Positions 18,954 to 28,126 of a DNA stretch of 64,000 nucleotides are shown here, one piece after another. Each line of letters begins with the position of its first letter. The first letter of the stretch is position 1. Under the pieces are notes generated by a model. The model was not told where the DNA came from and did no database searches. It was given only the letters and a program-made list of their open reading frames with translations. This DNA is from Endomicrobiia bacterium (GTDB lineage Bacteria; Elusimicrobiota; Endomicrobiia; DTEH01): positions 3,234-67,233 of the forward strand of contig JANXDG010000065.1 in assembly GCA_025059805.1 (NCBI GenBank), given 5' to 3'. Position numbers and translations under genes: made by a program.

Positions 18954-20027
18954 TCAATATGTTCTTTGAATCAACTTTTTTAGCTCTTCAGGATCAGAAG
19001 AAACTGATAGTGCTTCGTCTAAAGTTATTAATCTTTTCGAATAAAGTTCCGCAAGAGATTGATTCATCGTCTGCATACCAAATTTTGCTCCTGTCTGCAT
19101 TAAAGTAAATATTTGTTCGGGTTTACCTTCACGAATTAAGTTTCTCACTGCTGATGTAGCAACCAAAACTTCACATGCTAAAACCCTGCCTTTGCCGGAA
19201 GCATGTAATAACAATTGTTGAGATAATACCGCCTGTAACACAAAAGAAAGTTGGACCCGTACCTGTTGTTGTTGATATGGCGGGAATACGTCTATTATTC
19301 TGTTTACTGACGATACTGCATCTGGTGTATGCAGGGTTGCAAAAACTAAATGGCCCGTCTCAGCTATAGTTAGTGCTGCGGATATAGTTTCAAGATCACG
19401 CATTTCACCTATAAGGATGATATCAGGATCTTCTCTTAAAACATACTTTAACGCTGTTGCAAAACTTTCGGTATCTGTACCTACCTCACGTTGGTTAATT
19501 ATACAATTTTTGTGATGAAATAAATATTCAATAGGATCTTCAATTGTTATAATATGTGCGTTTCTATGCTCGTTTATAAAATTTATCATTGAAGCTAAAG
19601 TAGTAGTTTTACCAGAACCGGTAGGTCCCGTAACAAGTACAAGACCACGAGGTAAGTCTACAAGCTGGTTTACAATCTTTGGTAATCTTAATTCTTCAAA
19701 AGTTGGGGGTTGTGTTGGTATTGCACGTAACGCTGCAGCAACAGTACCTCGTTGACGAAAAACGTTCATCCTTATTCTACCTATATCTTTCACTCCAAAG
19801 GATATGTCTAATTCGTTCAAAGTCTCAAATTTCTCTTTTTGTTTATCAGTCAGTACGGAGTAAATAAGACGTTGACAAATTTCAGATGTAAGCTTTCCAT
19901 ATTGTGTAGGTACCAATACACCATCAACACGTAACACCGGTGGTAGCCCAGTTGTTAAATGTAAATCTGAAGCCTTTTGTTCCTTCATTAAAAATAATAA
20001 ATTTTCCATTGTAAGTGTCTGATCCAT
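18954..20027 (-). CDS. pilT: type IV pilus retraction ATPase PilT family
   Basis: 357 aa. ASDLHLTTGLPPVLRVDGVL, Walker A GPTGSGKTTT and IILIGEMRD; size typical of PilT. GGGGG-type SD 7 nt upstream of the ATG. Confidence 0.88.
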   Translation of the reverse strand: MDQTLTMENLLFLMKEQKASDLHLTTGLPPVLRVDGVLVPTQYGKLTSEICQRLIYSVLTDKQKEKFETLNELDISFGVKDIGRIRMNVFRQRGTVAAALRAIPTQPPTFEELRLPKIVNQLVDLPRGLVLVTGPTGSGKTTTLASMINFINEHRNAHIITIEDPIEYLFHHKNCIINQREVGTDTESFATALKYVLREDPDIILIGEMRDLETISAALTIAETGHLVFATLHTPDAVSSVNRIIDVFPPYQQQQVRVQLSFVLQAVLSQQLLLHASGKGRVLACEVLVATSAVRNLIREGKPEQIFTLMQTGAKFGMQTMNQSLAELYSKRLITLDEALSVSSDPEELKKLIQRTY

Positions 20028-20054
20028 AATTTTACCCCCATATTATATATTGTC

Positions 20055-21767
20055 TTATTCTGTAGCTGCTTCAATTGTTACACGTAATACTTCTTCAACA
20101 GTTGTGATACCTGCAAGCATTTTTCTTAACGCAGATTTTCTTAACGTCTGCATCCCATTCTTAATAGCAGCCTTACGGATTTCTATGTCAGACGCATTCC
20201 TTAGTATTAATTCACGGATTTCATCTGTAACTTCCATAACTTCGTAAATACCTATTCGACCTTTATATCCGCCATTACATTTACTACATCCGGCACCTTT
20301 ATATAGTGTAACAATTTTTTGTCCTTGTACCATCTCATCAGTTACCCCTAATGGATACAATTTTTCCACAGGTACTTGATATGCTTGTTTACAATTAGTA
20401 CAAATCCGACGTACTAATCTTTGTGCTTCCACAAGTGTTAATGTGGATGAAATTAAAAACGGATCTATACCCATATTATGTAATCTTGTTACAGCTGAAG
20501 GTGCATCATTAGTGTGTAATGTAGAAAATACAAGTTGTCCTGTAAGAGCGGCTTGCACTGCTATCTTTGCAGTTTCTGTATCACGAATTTCGCCTACTAA
20601 TATTATATCAGGTGCTTGACGAAGAAACGCCCTTAGTCCCGTGGCAAACGTAAGTCCAACTTCTGGGTTAACATTTACTTGTGTTATCCCCTGTAGTATA
20701 TATTCTACCGGATCCTCTATTGTCATAATGTTTACTTCAGGGCGGTTCAAAGTTGCCAGTGCAGAATATAATGTTGTTGATTTACCTGAACCTGTAGGAC
20801 CGGTTATCAAAATTAAACCGTATGGTAACCTTATTGTTTTAAGAAAGAGTTGTAACACTTCCGGTTCAAAACCAAGTTTTTCTAAGTCAAGACATAACGC
20901 TGAAGAATCAAGAATACGAAGAACTGCTTTCTCCCCATATACTACAGGTAAAATGGATACTCGGAAATCAATTTCTCTATTGTCAATTAACATTTTAATT
21001 CTGCCGTCCTGTGGTTTTCTTGTTTCCGTAACATCCAGTTTTGACATAATTTTTATTCTTGCAATTATCGCATTATAAACATCGTGTGGGAAAAACGTTT
21101 CTTCTCGTGCTACACCGTCAATCCTATATCTTAATCTACATTTTTTTTCAAACGGTTCAAGATGAATATCAGACGCCTTTTTCCGTACCGCTGTAATTAT
21201 AATATTATTTGCTAATTTTACTATTGGTTCTTCTTCAGCAAGTTTTGCAGTATCCACAGCGCCTGAAATATGTTCCACTTCAATATTTGCTTGTACTTTT
21301 TCTAATTCACTTATTGTTTTATCAATTTCAGTCGTTTCTTCTTTCAACAAAAACTTATTTACCATTTGTTTAATATCATTAGGTGTAGCTATCACAGGTT
21401 TTATATTAAACCCTGTTGAAAGTTTTAAGTCGTCAAGCACAAATATATTAAATGGATCAGGTATAGCTACAACCAAAGTATTACTTTTTTTATCAAAACT
21501 TACAGGGAAAACATTATGTTTTTCAATAAAAGTGCGTGGTAAAAGATTTATCACACTTTCTTCTATCTCGTATTCAGACAAATATACAAATTCAAACCCT
21601 TTCTGCCGTGCTAAGAAAGAAAGAAGGACTTCTTCAGTAATATACCCTAGATTAACTAAAATACTACCTAGCTTTTCTCCGGTTTGTTTCTGTAATGTCA
21701 ATGCTTCTTCTAACTGTTTAGGTGTAATAATTTTTGCAGCAATAAGCATATCACCTAACCTTTGCAT
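20055..21767 (-). CDS. pilB: GspE/PilB/MshE-family secretion ATPase, paralogue 2
   Basis: 570 aa. N-terminal GSPII_E_N/MshEN region, Walker A GPTGSGKSTT, Cys4 site CTNC...CSKC and VGEIRD. Confidence 0.88.
   Translation of the reverse strand: MQRLGDMLIAAKIITPKQLEEALTLQKQTGEKLGSILVNLGYITEEVLLSFLARQKGFEFVYLSEYEIEESVINLLPRTFIEKHNVFPVSFDKKSNTLVVAIPDPFNIFVLDDLKLSTGFNIKPVIATPNDIKQMVNKFLLKEETTEIDKTISELEKVQANIEVEHISGAVDTAKLAEEEPIVKLANNIIITAVRKKASDIHLEPFEKKCRLRYRIDGVAREETFFPHDVYNAIIARIKIMSKLDVTETRKPQDGRIKMLIDNREIDFRVSILPVVYGEKAVLRILDSSALCLDLEKLGFEPEVLQLFLKTIRLPYGLILITGPTGSGKSTTLYSALATLNRPEVNIMTIEDPVEYILQGITQVNVNPEVGLTFATGLRAFLRQAPDIILVGEIRDTETAKIAVQAALTGQLVFSTLHTNDAPSAVTRLHNMGIDPFLISSTLTLVEAQRLVRRICTNCKQAYQVPVEKLYPLGVTDEMVQGQKIVTLYKGAGCSKCNGGYKGRIGIYEVMEVTDEIRELILRNASDIEIRKAAIKNGMQTLRKSALRKMLAGITTVEEVLRVTIEAATE
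21603..21761 (-). other. MshEN-type tandem 24-residue c-di-GMP-binding motifs in PilB paralogue 2 (aa 3-55)
   Basis: RLGDMLIAAKIITPKQLEEALTLQ - KQTGE - KLGSILVNLGYITEEVLLSFLARQ. Confidence 0.6.
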
Positions 21768-21782
21768 ATTTAATCCTTATAG

Positions 21783-23516
21783 CTAGTCAACTTCATCCGC
21801 AAATGTATTTCTTATAACTTCTTCTACAGTGGTTATACCTGATAACAACTTTTTAAGTGCTGACTCTCTTAATGTAGCCATCCCATTTTTTCTCGCCGTT
21901 TGTTTTATTTCAAAATGTGTAGCTTTTTTAAGTATAAGTTCCTTTATTTCATCATTACACTCAAGAACTTCATATACTCCAACTCTACCTTTATATCCAC
22001 CTTGACACTTGCTACAACCTGTACCTTTGTATATTACAACCTCCTTCGCATCTTTAAGCATCTCTTGTGTTACACCAATGGACATCAATTGTTCAACAGG
22101 AACTCTGTACTGTTTCCGACAATTACTACAAACTTTTCTTACAAGTTTCTGTGAAATTACAAGTGTCAATGTTGAAGATATCAAGAAAGGTTCCACACCC
22201 ATATTTATCAACCTTGTAATAGCAGATGCAGCATCGTTCGTATGTAGTGTTGCAAAAACTAAATGTCCAGTAAGTGCTGCATTTATTCCTATCTCTATAG
22301 TTTCGCGGTCACGTATCTCGCCAACCATAATAACATCCGGGTCTTGACGTAAAAACGCACGAAGTGCCGCTGCAAAGGTTAATCCTACTTTTTCGTTGAC
22401 ATTGACTTGATTAATACCGTATATAACGGCTTCTACTGGATCTTCTACTGTCATAATATTTACATCAGGTGTGTTTAATACGTTTAATGCAGAATATAAG
22501 GTCGTAGTTTTACCTGAACCTGTTGGTCCTGTTACAAGAATCATACCATACGGTTGTTTTATTGCTTTCTCAAACAGTTGTAATTGTACATCATCAAAAC
22601 CTAGTTCTGACAGAGGCAAAATTAACGCTTGCGCATCAAGTATTCTTATGGCAACTTTTTCACCATGTGTCGTTGGTACGGATGAAACACGAAGATTTAT
22701 TGGTCTACCGTTATAGGTTATTCTTATCCTTCCATCCTGTGGTTTCCTTCGTTCAGTTATGTCCAATTTTGACATAATTTTTATCCTTGCAACAATTGAC
22801 GGCAGTAATTTCTTGGGTAAAGGTTTTTGATCATGGAAAATACCATCAATTTTATACCGAACCCTTACATTTTTTTCCTGCGGTTCAATTAACAAGTCGG
22901 ACGCTTTCTGAACTAACGCTTGTTCAATTATATAATTTACAGCTTTAACCACTGGCGCAGCATCTGCCTGTACATCAAGTTCTGTTATCTCTTGTTCCTC
23001 TACGACCTTTGCATCACCTGTTTCAAATTCTTGTTCTGCTTTTTTCTCTATATCTTCCAGCGATTCTTTTTTCTCGTAATATCTGTTAATCGCATCCAAA
23101 ATTTCATTTTTTTTAGCTACAACAGTTCGTATATTAAATCCTGTTGCAAGTTTAAGTGTATCTATGGCGTTTATATCTAAAGGGTCAGACATAGCTATTG
23201 TGATAGTCTTTGTATGCGTATCAAATTCTATAGGTATCAAGTGATAGGTCTTGACAAGCCTTTCGGGCAAGAGCGTTATTATCTCATTAGGAATTTCGCC
23301 ATATTCAGCAAGCGAGATATATGGTATATTAAACTGTTTAGCTAAAACTGCAAATAATATTTCTTCACTTACATATCCAAGATTTAAAAGAATTTCGCCT
23401 AATTTCTGACCTGTCTTTTTTTGTTGTTCAAGCGCTTGATTTAGTTGTTCTTCGTTAATGATCTGTAATCTAACAAGTAATTCACCTAATTTCCTATGTG
23501 GAGAAATAACTTCCAT
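21783..23516 (-). CDS. pilB: GspE/PilB/MshE-family secretion ATPase, paralogue 1
   Basis: 577 aa. Same architecture as paralogue 2 (GPTGSGKTTT; CSNC...CSKC). The ATPase domains of the two paralogues are visibly highly similar. Confidence 0.88.
   Translation of the reverse strand: MEVISPHRKLGELLVRLQIINEEQLNQALEQQKKTGQKLGEILLNLGYVSEEILFAVLAKQFNIPYISLAEYGEIPNEIITLLPERLVKTYHLIPIEFDTHTKTITIAMSDPLDINAIDTLKLATGFNIRTVVAKKNEILDAINRYYEKKESLEDIEKKAEQEFETGDAKVVEEQEITELDVQADAAPVVKAVNYIIEQALVQKASDLLIEPQEKNVRVRYKIDGIFHDQKPLPKKLLPSIVARIKIMSKLDITERRKPQDGRIRITYNGRPINLRVSSVPTTHGEKVAIRILDAQALILPLSELGFDDVQLQLFEKAIKQPYGMILVTGPTGSGKTTTLYSALNVLNTPDVNIMTVEDPVEAVIYGINQVNVNEKVGLTFAAALRAFLRQDPDVIMVGEIRDRETIEIGINAALTGHLVFATLHTNDAASAITRLINMGVEPFLISSTLTLVISQKLVRKVCSNCRKQYRVPVEQLMSIGVTQEMLKDAKEVVIYKGTGCSKCQGGYKGRVGVYEVLECNDEIKELILKKATHFEIKQTARKNGMATLRESALKKLLSGITTVEEVIRNTFADEVD
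23334..23492 (-). other. MshEN-type tandem 24-residue c-di-GMP-binding motifs in PilB paralogue 1 (aa 9-61)
   Basis: KLGELLVRLQIINEEQLNQALEQQ - KKTGQ - KLGEILLNLGYVSEEILFAVLAKQ, compared with the published consensus RLGxxLLxxGLIxxxxLxxxLxxQ-x5-repeat. Confidence 0.6.
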
Positions 23517-23517
23517 T

Positions 23518-24009
23518 TTACTGTTTAAACTTTCTTCTTATAGTCGAAACAATCTCTGATGGAACAAAGTCTGAGATATCACCACCAAAGTTAGCAATTT
23601 CTTTAACTAAACTTGATGATAGATAAGTCCATCTAACATCTGGCATAAGATAAATTGTCTCCATACGGTCAAACATCTTACGGTTTGTCAATACCATTTG
23701 GAATTCATACTCAAAATCGCTTACTGCCCTTAATCCTCTTAAGACTATATTCAATTTATTTTTCTTCAAATAGTCAACCAATAACCCTTTGTAAACATCA
23801 ACTGATACATTTTTAAATTTTCTTTTTTTAAAAATATTGTTCAACATTTCCACTCGTTCTTCAACTGTAAAAGTATAACTTTTTTGAATATTTACCATTA
23901 TTAAAATTATTACTTTGTCAAAGATTCTGCTCGCACGTTCTATTAAATCTATGTGACCATTTGTTGGAGGATCAAAACTTCCGGGATATACCACTATTTT
24001 TTGTTTCAT
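23518..24009 (-). CDS. coaD: phosphopantetheine adenylyltransferase
   Basis: 163 aa. VYPGSFDPPTNGHIDLIERA (HxGH nucleotidyltransferase motif) and the conserved SSSLVKE near the C-terminus. Confidence 0.92.
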   Translation of the reverse strand: MKQKIVVYPGSFDPPTNGHIDLIERASRIFDKVIILIMVNIQKSYTFTVEERVEMLNNIFKKRKFKNVSVDVYKGLLVDYLKKNKLNIVLRGLRAVSDFEYEFQMVLTNRKMFDRMETIYLMPDVRWTYLSSSLVKEIANFGGDISDFVPSEIVSTIRRKFKQ

Positions 24010-24062
24010 AATAGAAATCCTATATAAAATCTTTCCCTATTTTTCAATGAAATAGATAAACC

Positions 24063-25553
24063 TCATTGTAGTAACTTAACATATTTATTTGCTAATTTTA
24101 ACGCTTCTTCTCTGTTAGATATTTTACCTAAAATCTGTGCTTCACGTATAAAGTTTAATATTTTACCCACAAGTGGTCCTTCAGGAATACCAAATGTATT
24201 CATAACATCATAACCAGTAATTAATCTTGGCAAAGAACTTTTTTTCAAATACTCAAAATATTTCTCTAAAATCTTATTTTCAAATTTAACAAATTTATTT
24301 ATACTTCCATAGTTTGAGAGATAAGACTTTCTTATGCTAAAAGGGATACTTTCATACGAAAGCCTATCAGCAATTGAAAATATTAACAGAGAAAATAGAT
24401 CAGTCTGCAACTCGTTAAACAATCTTAAGTATGCACGTTCTGTGAGTGTATTACGACTATTGTATAGACTGCCAAGTCTCATATGATTTTTAATAACTAA
24501 TACAATACTTCTTATTTCATCATTACTTAATCTAAGTTCTTTTAATACTTTTTCTGCTATTTCTGCCGAGATCATTTCGTGCCGGAAAAATCGTATCCTA
24601 CCTTTTTCTTTCTTTACAACAAAAGGTTTACCTATATCGTGTAGTAACGCAATATATTTCAAAACATATTGTTTATTTTGCAATTTTGGATTAATTTCTG
24701 AATAATATTGTGGGAAAAATTTTTTGAGTTTATTAACCACATCTTCTACACTTTTATATGTAAGTTTAGTATGTTGCCATAATCCTTCTTTATGATAATA
24801 AAATTTTCTAAACTGTGTATTTTTACCCTTCTTTTTGATAATTTCTATCTCAGGAATTACTGTTTCAAGTATACCAGTTGTGTCCAACCATTCAAGAATT
24901 TTATAAGAGTAGGAAAAATTAAATATTTTTTTAAGTTCCTCATTAATTCTTTCTTTTGCGACATAATTTAGTAAATGCTTATTTCTAACACATGTTTTAA
25001 CAAGTTCTTCTTCTGGCTTAAAACCGTAACACATAAACCTTGCAACACGTAAAATCCTTATCGGATCATCAATAACAGAATTTTCTCGTGTTTCTTTTAG
25101 AACATTATTTTTGATATCTTTCAAGCCGCTACTCGTAAGATCAATTAATCGTTTCAACATAAATTTTTCATTCCCAGTAGTGATATACCTAATAAAATCT
25201 GCCATTTTTAAACAAAGTGTATTTATTGTAAAATCACGACGAAAAATATCTTGCTTTAGATCTTTATAAGACGAGATATCTAAAGTTATAATAAACCCAT
25301 CATTAAATGTCAGGACAGTTCTATAAATCCTGTTTATCTTATCAAGCACAACAAAAGGTAAACTATGTTTTTTCAACAAACTTTTTAATTCTTTTACAGA
25401 TAAATTTTTGATAATTATATCCACATCTAAACCGTTATCCATCTGGCGTTTAATAATTCTGTCACGAATTATACCGCCAACAACATATACTTCTTCAAAT
25501 GTATTATTAAGATCTCTAAGTAGATCCAACAGTTGCTTATTCAAAAATTTCAT
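24063..25553 (-). CDS. cca: CCA-adding enzyme / poly(A) polymerase family nucleotidyltransferase with HD domain
   Basis: VYVVGGIIRDRI, DVDII (DxD), RDFTINTL and LLHDIGKP (HD). Start placed at ATG 25553 (MKFLNKQ); the longer ORF overlaps the upstream gene by 53 nt. Confidence 0.8.
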   Translation of the reverse strand: MKFLNKQLLDLLRDLNNTFEEVYVVGGIIRDRIIKRQMDNGLDVDIIIKNLSVKELKSLLKKHSLPFVVLDKINRIYRTVLTFNDGFIITLDISSYKDLKQDIFRRDFTINTLCLKMADFIRYITTGNEKFMLKRLIDLTSSGLKDIKNNVLKETRENSVIDDPIRILRVARFMCYGFKPEEELVKTCVRNKHLLNYVAKERINEELKKIFNFSYSYKILEWLDTTGILETVIPEIEIIKKKGKNTQFRKFYYHKEGLWQHTKLTYKSVEDVVNKLKKFFPQYYSEINPKLQNKQYVLKYIALLHDIGKPFVVKKEKGRIRFFRHEMISAEIAEKVLKELRLSNDEIRSIVLVIKNHMRLGSLYNSRNTLTERAYLRLFNELQTDLFSLLIFSIADRLSYESIPFSIRKSYLSNYGSINKFVKFENKILEKYFEYLKKSSLPRLITGYDVMNTFGIPEGPLVGKILNFIREAQILGKISNREEALKLANKYVKLLQ

Positions 25554-26283
25554 ACTCACCATCTTCATGAAGGTATAAAATTTTGTCACAGAAATATTCT
25601 GCTAAATCTCTATCGTGTGTGATAAAAATATATGTCAAATTAAACTTTTCCTTTATTTCATAAAAAAAGTTTAGCATTTGTGCTTGCAGTGATATATCCA
25701 ATGCAGATAATGGTTCATCTAAAATCAGAATTTTTGGATACAAACATAATACAGTAATCGTAGCAACTCTTTGTCTTTGTCCTCCAGATAATTGATACGG
25801 ATACATTTTCAATATCTCTGTTGATAATTTACTTAACTTTAATAGTTCCTCTATTGAGTCTCTAAAAATATTTTCATCATATGGTTTATTTTGAAGATAA
25901 AAATATTGCTTAAAACGTTCTTTAAGTAAAAATCCTATCGTAAGTTTTGGATTTAGCATTGAGTACGGGTTTTGAAAAAGAAGTTGTACTTTACTTGCAA
26001 ATTCTTTTCTTGAATATTCTTTTATATCTCTATTATCAACTATCACCTCACCACTATCAAAATCTTCAATTCTACATATAATTTTTGCAAGTGTTGACTT
26101 ACCCACACCTGACGGACCTAATATACCCAAATTTGTCCCAGCAGATAACTCAAATGACAAGTTTCTAATTATAGTTTTCCTTTGTAACCCAACTTGAAAA
26201 ACGCCTGATTTCACAAAATAAGTTTTAGTTAATGAACTTACAACAAGTACCTTCTCTGACACATTTTGAAAATTATTTTTCAT
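25537..26283 (-). CDS. oligopeptide/dipeptide-type ABC transporter ATP-binding protein (OppF/DppF-like)
   Basis: Walker A GPSGVGKST, signature LSGGQRQR and Walker B ILILDEP. Confidence 0.85.
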   Translation of the reverse strand: MKNNFQNVSEKVLVVSSLTKTYFVKSGVFQVGLQRKTIIRNLSFELSAGTNLGILGPSGVGKSTLAKIICRIEDFDSGEVIVDNRDIKEYSRKEFASKVQLLFQNPYSMLNPKLTIGFLLKERFKQYFYLQNKPYDENIFRDSIEELLKLSKLSTEILKMYPYQLSGGQRQRVATITVLCLYPKILILDEPLSALDISLQAQMLNFFYEIKEKFNLTYIFITHDRDLAEYFCDKILYLHEDGEYEIFE

Positions 26284-27301
26284 AAAGAAAACATTTTACA
26301 TACTGTCCATTAACAAAATTTATATGCGGTTTAGTTTCGCAACGGCTAAATTTTTTCTCACAACGGTTAACAAAAATACATTTTCCAAAAACAAAATTAT
26401 AGTCAAACAAATCCGGTAATTCTGACGGTATCGTTGGTAACCTCTTACCTTTTTTGCTTTTGTCAGGATAACAAGATAACAACATCTGAGTATACGGATG
26501 AAGTGGATTATAAAATATCTGTTTTGCAAGGCCATATTCCACAATTTCTCCTGCATATAATACATAGACGAAATCAACATATTGTCTTATCAGATTTATA
26601 TCATGAGTTATCAAAATTAAAGACGAGCCTTCTTTTGTTACAAGTTCTGTTAACAAATTTAATATTTCATCGCGCAAAGATGCATCAAGAGCCGTGGTAG
26701 GTTCATCAGCAATTATTATTTCAGGATTGTTCGCTAAGGCAACGGAAATACAAACACGTTGTAACTGTCCCCCAGAAAGTTGATACGGATATTTTTTATA
26801 GATGATTTCTGGTTCTGGAAGTTTTACTTTTTTAAAAAGATCTAAAGTTTTATCATACAATTCTTTTTTGGTTAAATCTGGACTATGAATTTTAATTACC
26901 TCCTCAACTTGTTCTCCAACACAAACTACAGGATTCAACGCATTAAATGGATCTTGAAATATCATACTTATATGGTACCCGCGAATATGTTGTATGTTAA
27001 GTATCTTTTCTGTTTCTACTGTTGACAATATGTTATAACTACCATTACAACAATTTTTAGCAGAATAGAAAATTATATTACCAGAATATTTAGTGATTCG
27101 TTCATCATTCAACAACAAAATAGAATTTGCCAACGTTGTCTTACCTGAGCCGGACTCGCCTACTATTGCTATTTTTTTAGCATTATAAAGATCTATATTT
27201 ATATCGCGTAGAATAAAATAAAACATATTTCTAATTTTAGAGTAAAAACTTACATTAAGTGATTCTATTTTTAGCAACAACTTTTCAGTATCGTTTTTCA
27301 T
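26273..27301 (-). CDS. oligopeptide/dipeptide-type ABC transporter ATP-binding protein (OppD/DppD-like)
   Basis: GESGSGKTT, LSGGQLQRV and IIIADEPTTALD. C-terminal oligopeptide-type extension (HPYT). Confidence 0.85.
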   Translation of the reverse strand: MKNDTEKLLLKIESLNVSFYSKIRNMFYFILRDINIDLYNAKKIAIVGESGSGKTTLANSILLLNDERITKYSGNIIFYSAKNCCNGSYNILSTVETEKILNIQHIRGYHISMIFQDPFNALNPVVCVGEQVEEVIKIHSPDLTKKELYDKTLDLFKKVKLPEPEIIYKKYPYQLSGGQLQRVCISVALANNPEIIIADEPTTALDASLRDEILNLLTELVTKEGSSLILITHDINLIRQYVDFVYVLYAGEIVEYGLAKQIFYNPLHPYTQMLLSCYPDKSKKGKRLPTIPSELPDLFDYNFVFGKCIFVNRCEKKFSRCETKPHINFVNGQYVKCFLYEK

Positions 27302-28116
27302 TTATTCTCTTTCGGACTAAAATGAATCCTCAATCCTTCTCCAAGAAGATTAAATGCAACGACTGTAAAAAATATTGCAGCACCGGGAAATAATGACAGC
27401 CACCAAGCTATGTGTATATAATCTTTCCCTGCAGTTAAAATATTCCCCCAGGAAGGTTCCGGCGGTTGTACTCCTAAACCTAAAAATGACAATCCTGATT
27501 CTGTAAGAATTGCAGAACCTACACCTAAACTAAATGTTACCACTACAGGGACCAATACATTAGGTAAAATGTGAACAAAAAGAATCTTACCAGATGAAAA
27601 CCCTGCAAGTTTTGCTGACAAAATATATTCAGCCGTTTTAATTTTTAAAACTTCAGCACGAACATACCTTGTTAATGACGGCCATGAAGTTAAACCTATC
27701 ACTACCATAATGTTATAAATACTTGGTTTTAAAAACGCTATTACTAAAAGTATTAAAAAAAATGTAGGAAAACACAAAATTATGTCAACTATACGCATTA
27801 TCAAGGTGTCAACCCAGCCACCATAATAGCCACTTATTAAACCAAGTATTGTACCTATAACTGTCGCTATACCTACTGAGATTAAACCAACCAACAATGA
27901 TACTCGTGTTGCATAAACCATCCTTGAAAAAACATCTCGGCCAAGTTCATCAGTACCAAATAAATGTTTAAACGAAGGTGGTTGTAATCTTTGCAACAAA
28001 TTTTGTTCGTATGGGTTATACGGAGCAATGTAATCAGCTAAGGTTGCAAAAATACATAAAAATATAAGCATACTACAGCCTAAAATTAACGAGTTATTCA
28101 ACTTTTTTATATTCAT
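27298..28116 (-). CDS. ABC transporter permease (OppC/DppC-like)
   Basis: LFGTDELGRDVFSR plus six hydrophobic helices. Start trimmed to ATG 28116 (MNIKKLN), just downstream of the OppB-like stop. Confidence 0.85.
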   Translation of the reverse strand: MNIKKLNNSLILGCSMLIFLCIFATLADYIAPYNPYEQNLLQRLQPPSFKHLFGTDELGRDVFSRMVYATRVSLLVGLISVGIATVIGTILGLISGYYGGWVDTLIMRIVDIILCFPTFFLILLVIAFLKPSIYNIMVVIGLTSWPSLTRYVRAEVLKIKTAEYILSAKLAGFSSGKILFVHILPNVLVPVVVTFSLGVGSAILTESGLSFLGLGVQPPEPSWGNILTAGKDYIHIAWWLSLFPGAAIFFTVVAFNLLGEGLRIHFSPKENK

Positions 28117-28126
28117 AATTTTATTT

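Noticed and set aside
26320-26580. 86-aa minus-strand ORF in an alternative frame inside the OppD-like gene.
   Set aside because: It is on the same strand but out of frame with a complete ABC ATPase. It has no independent signals and is almost certainly spurious.
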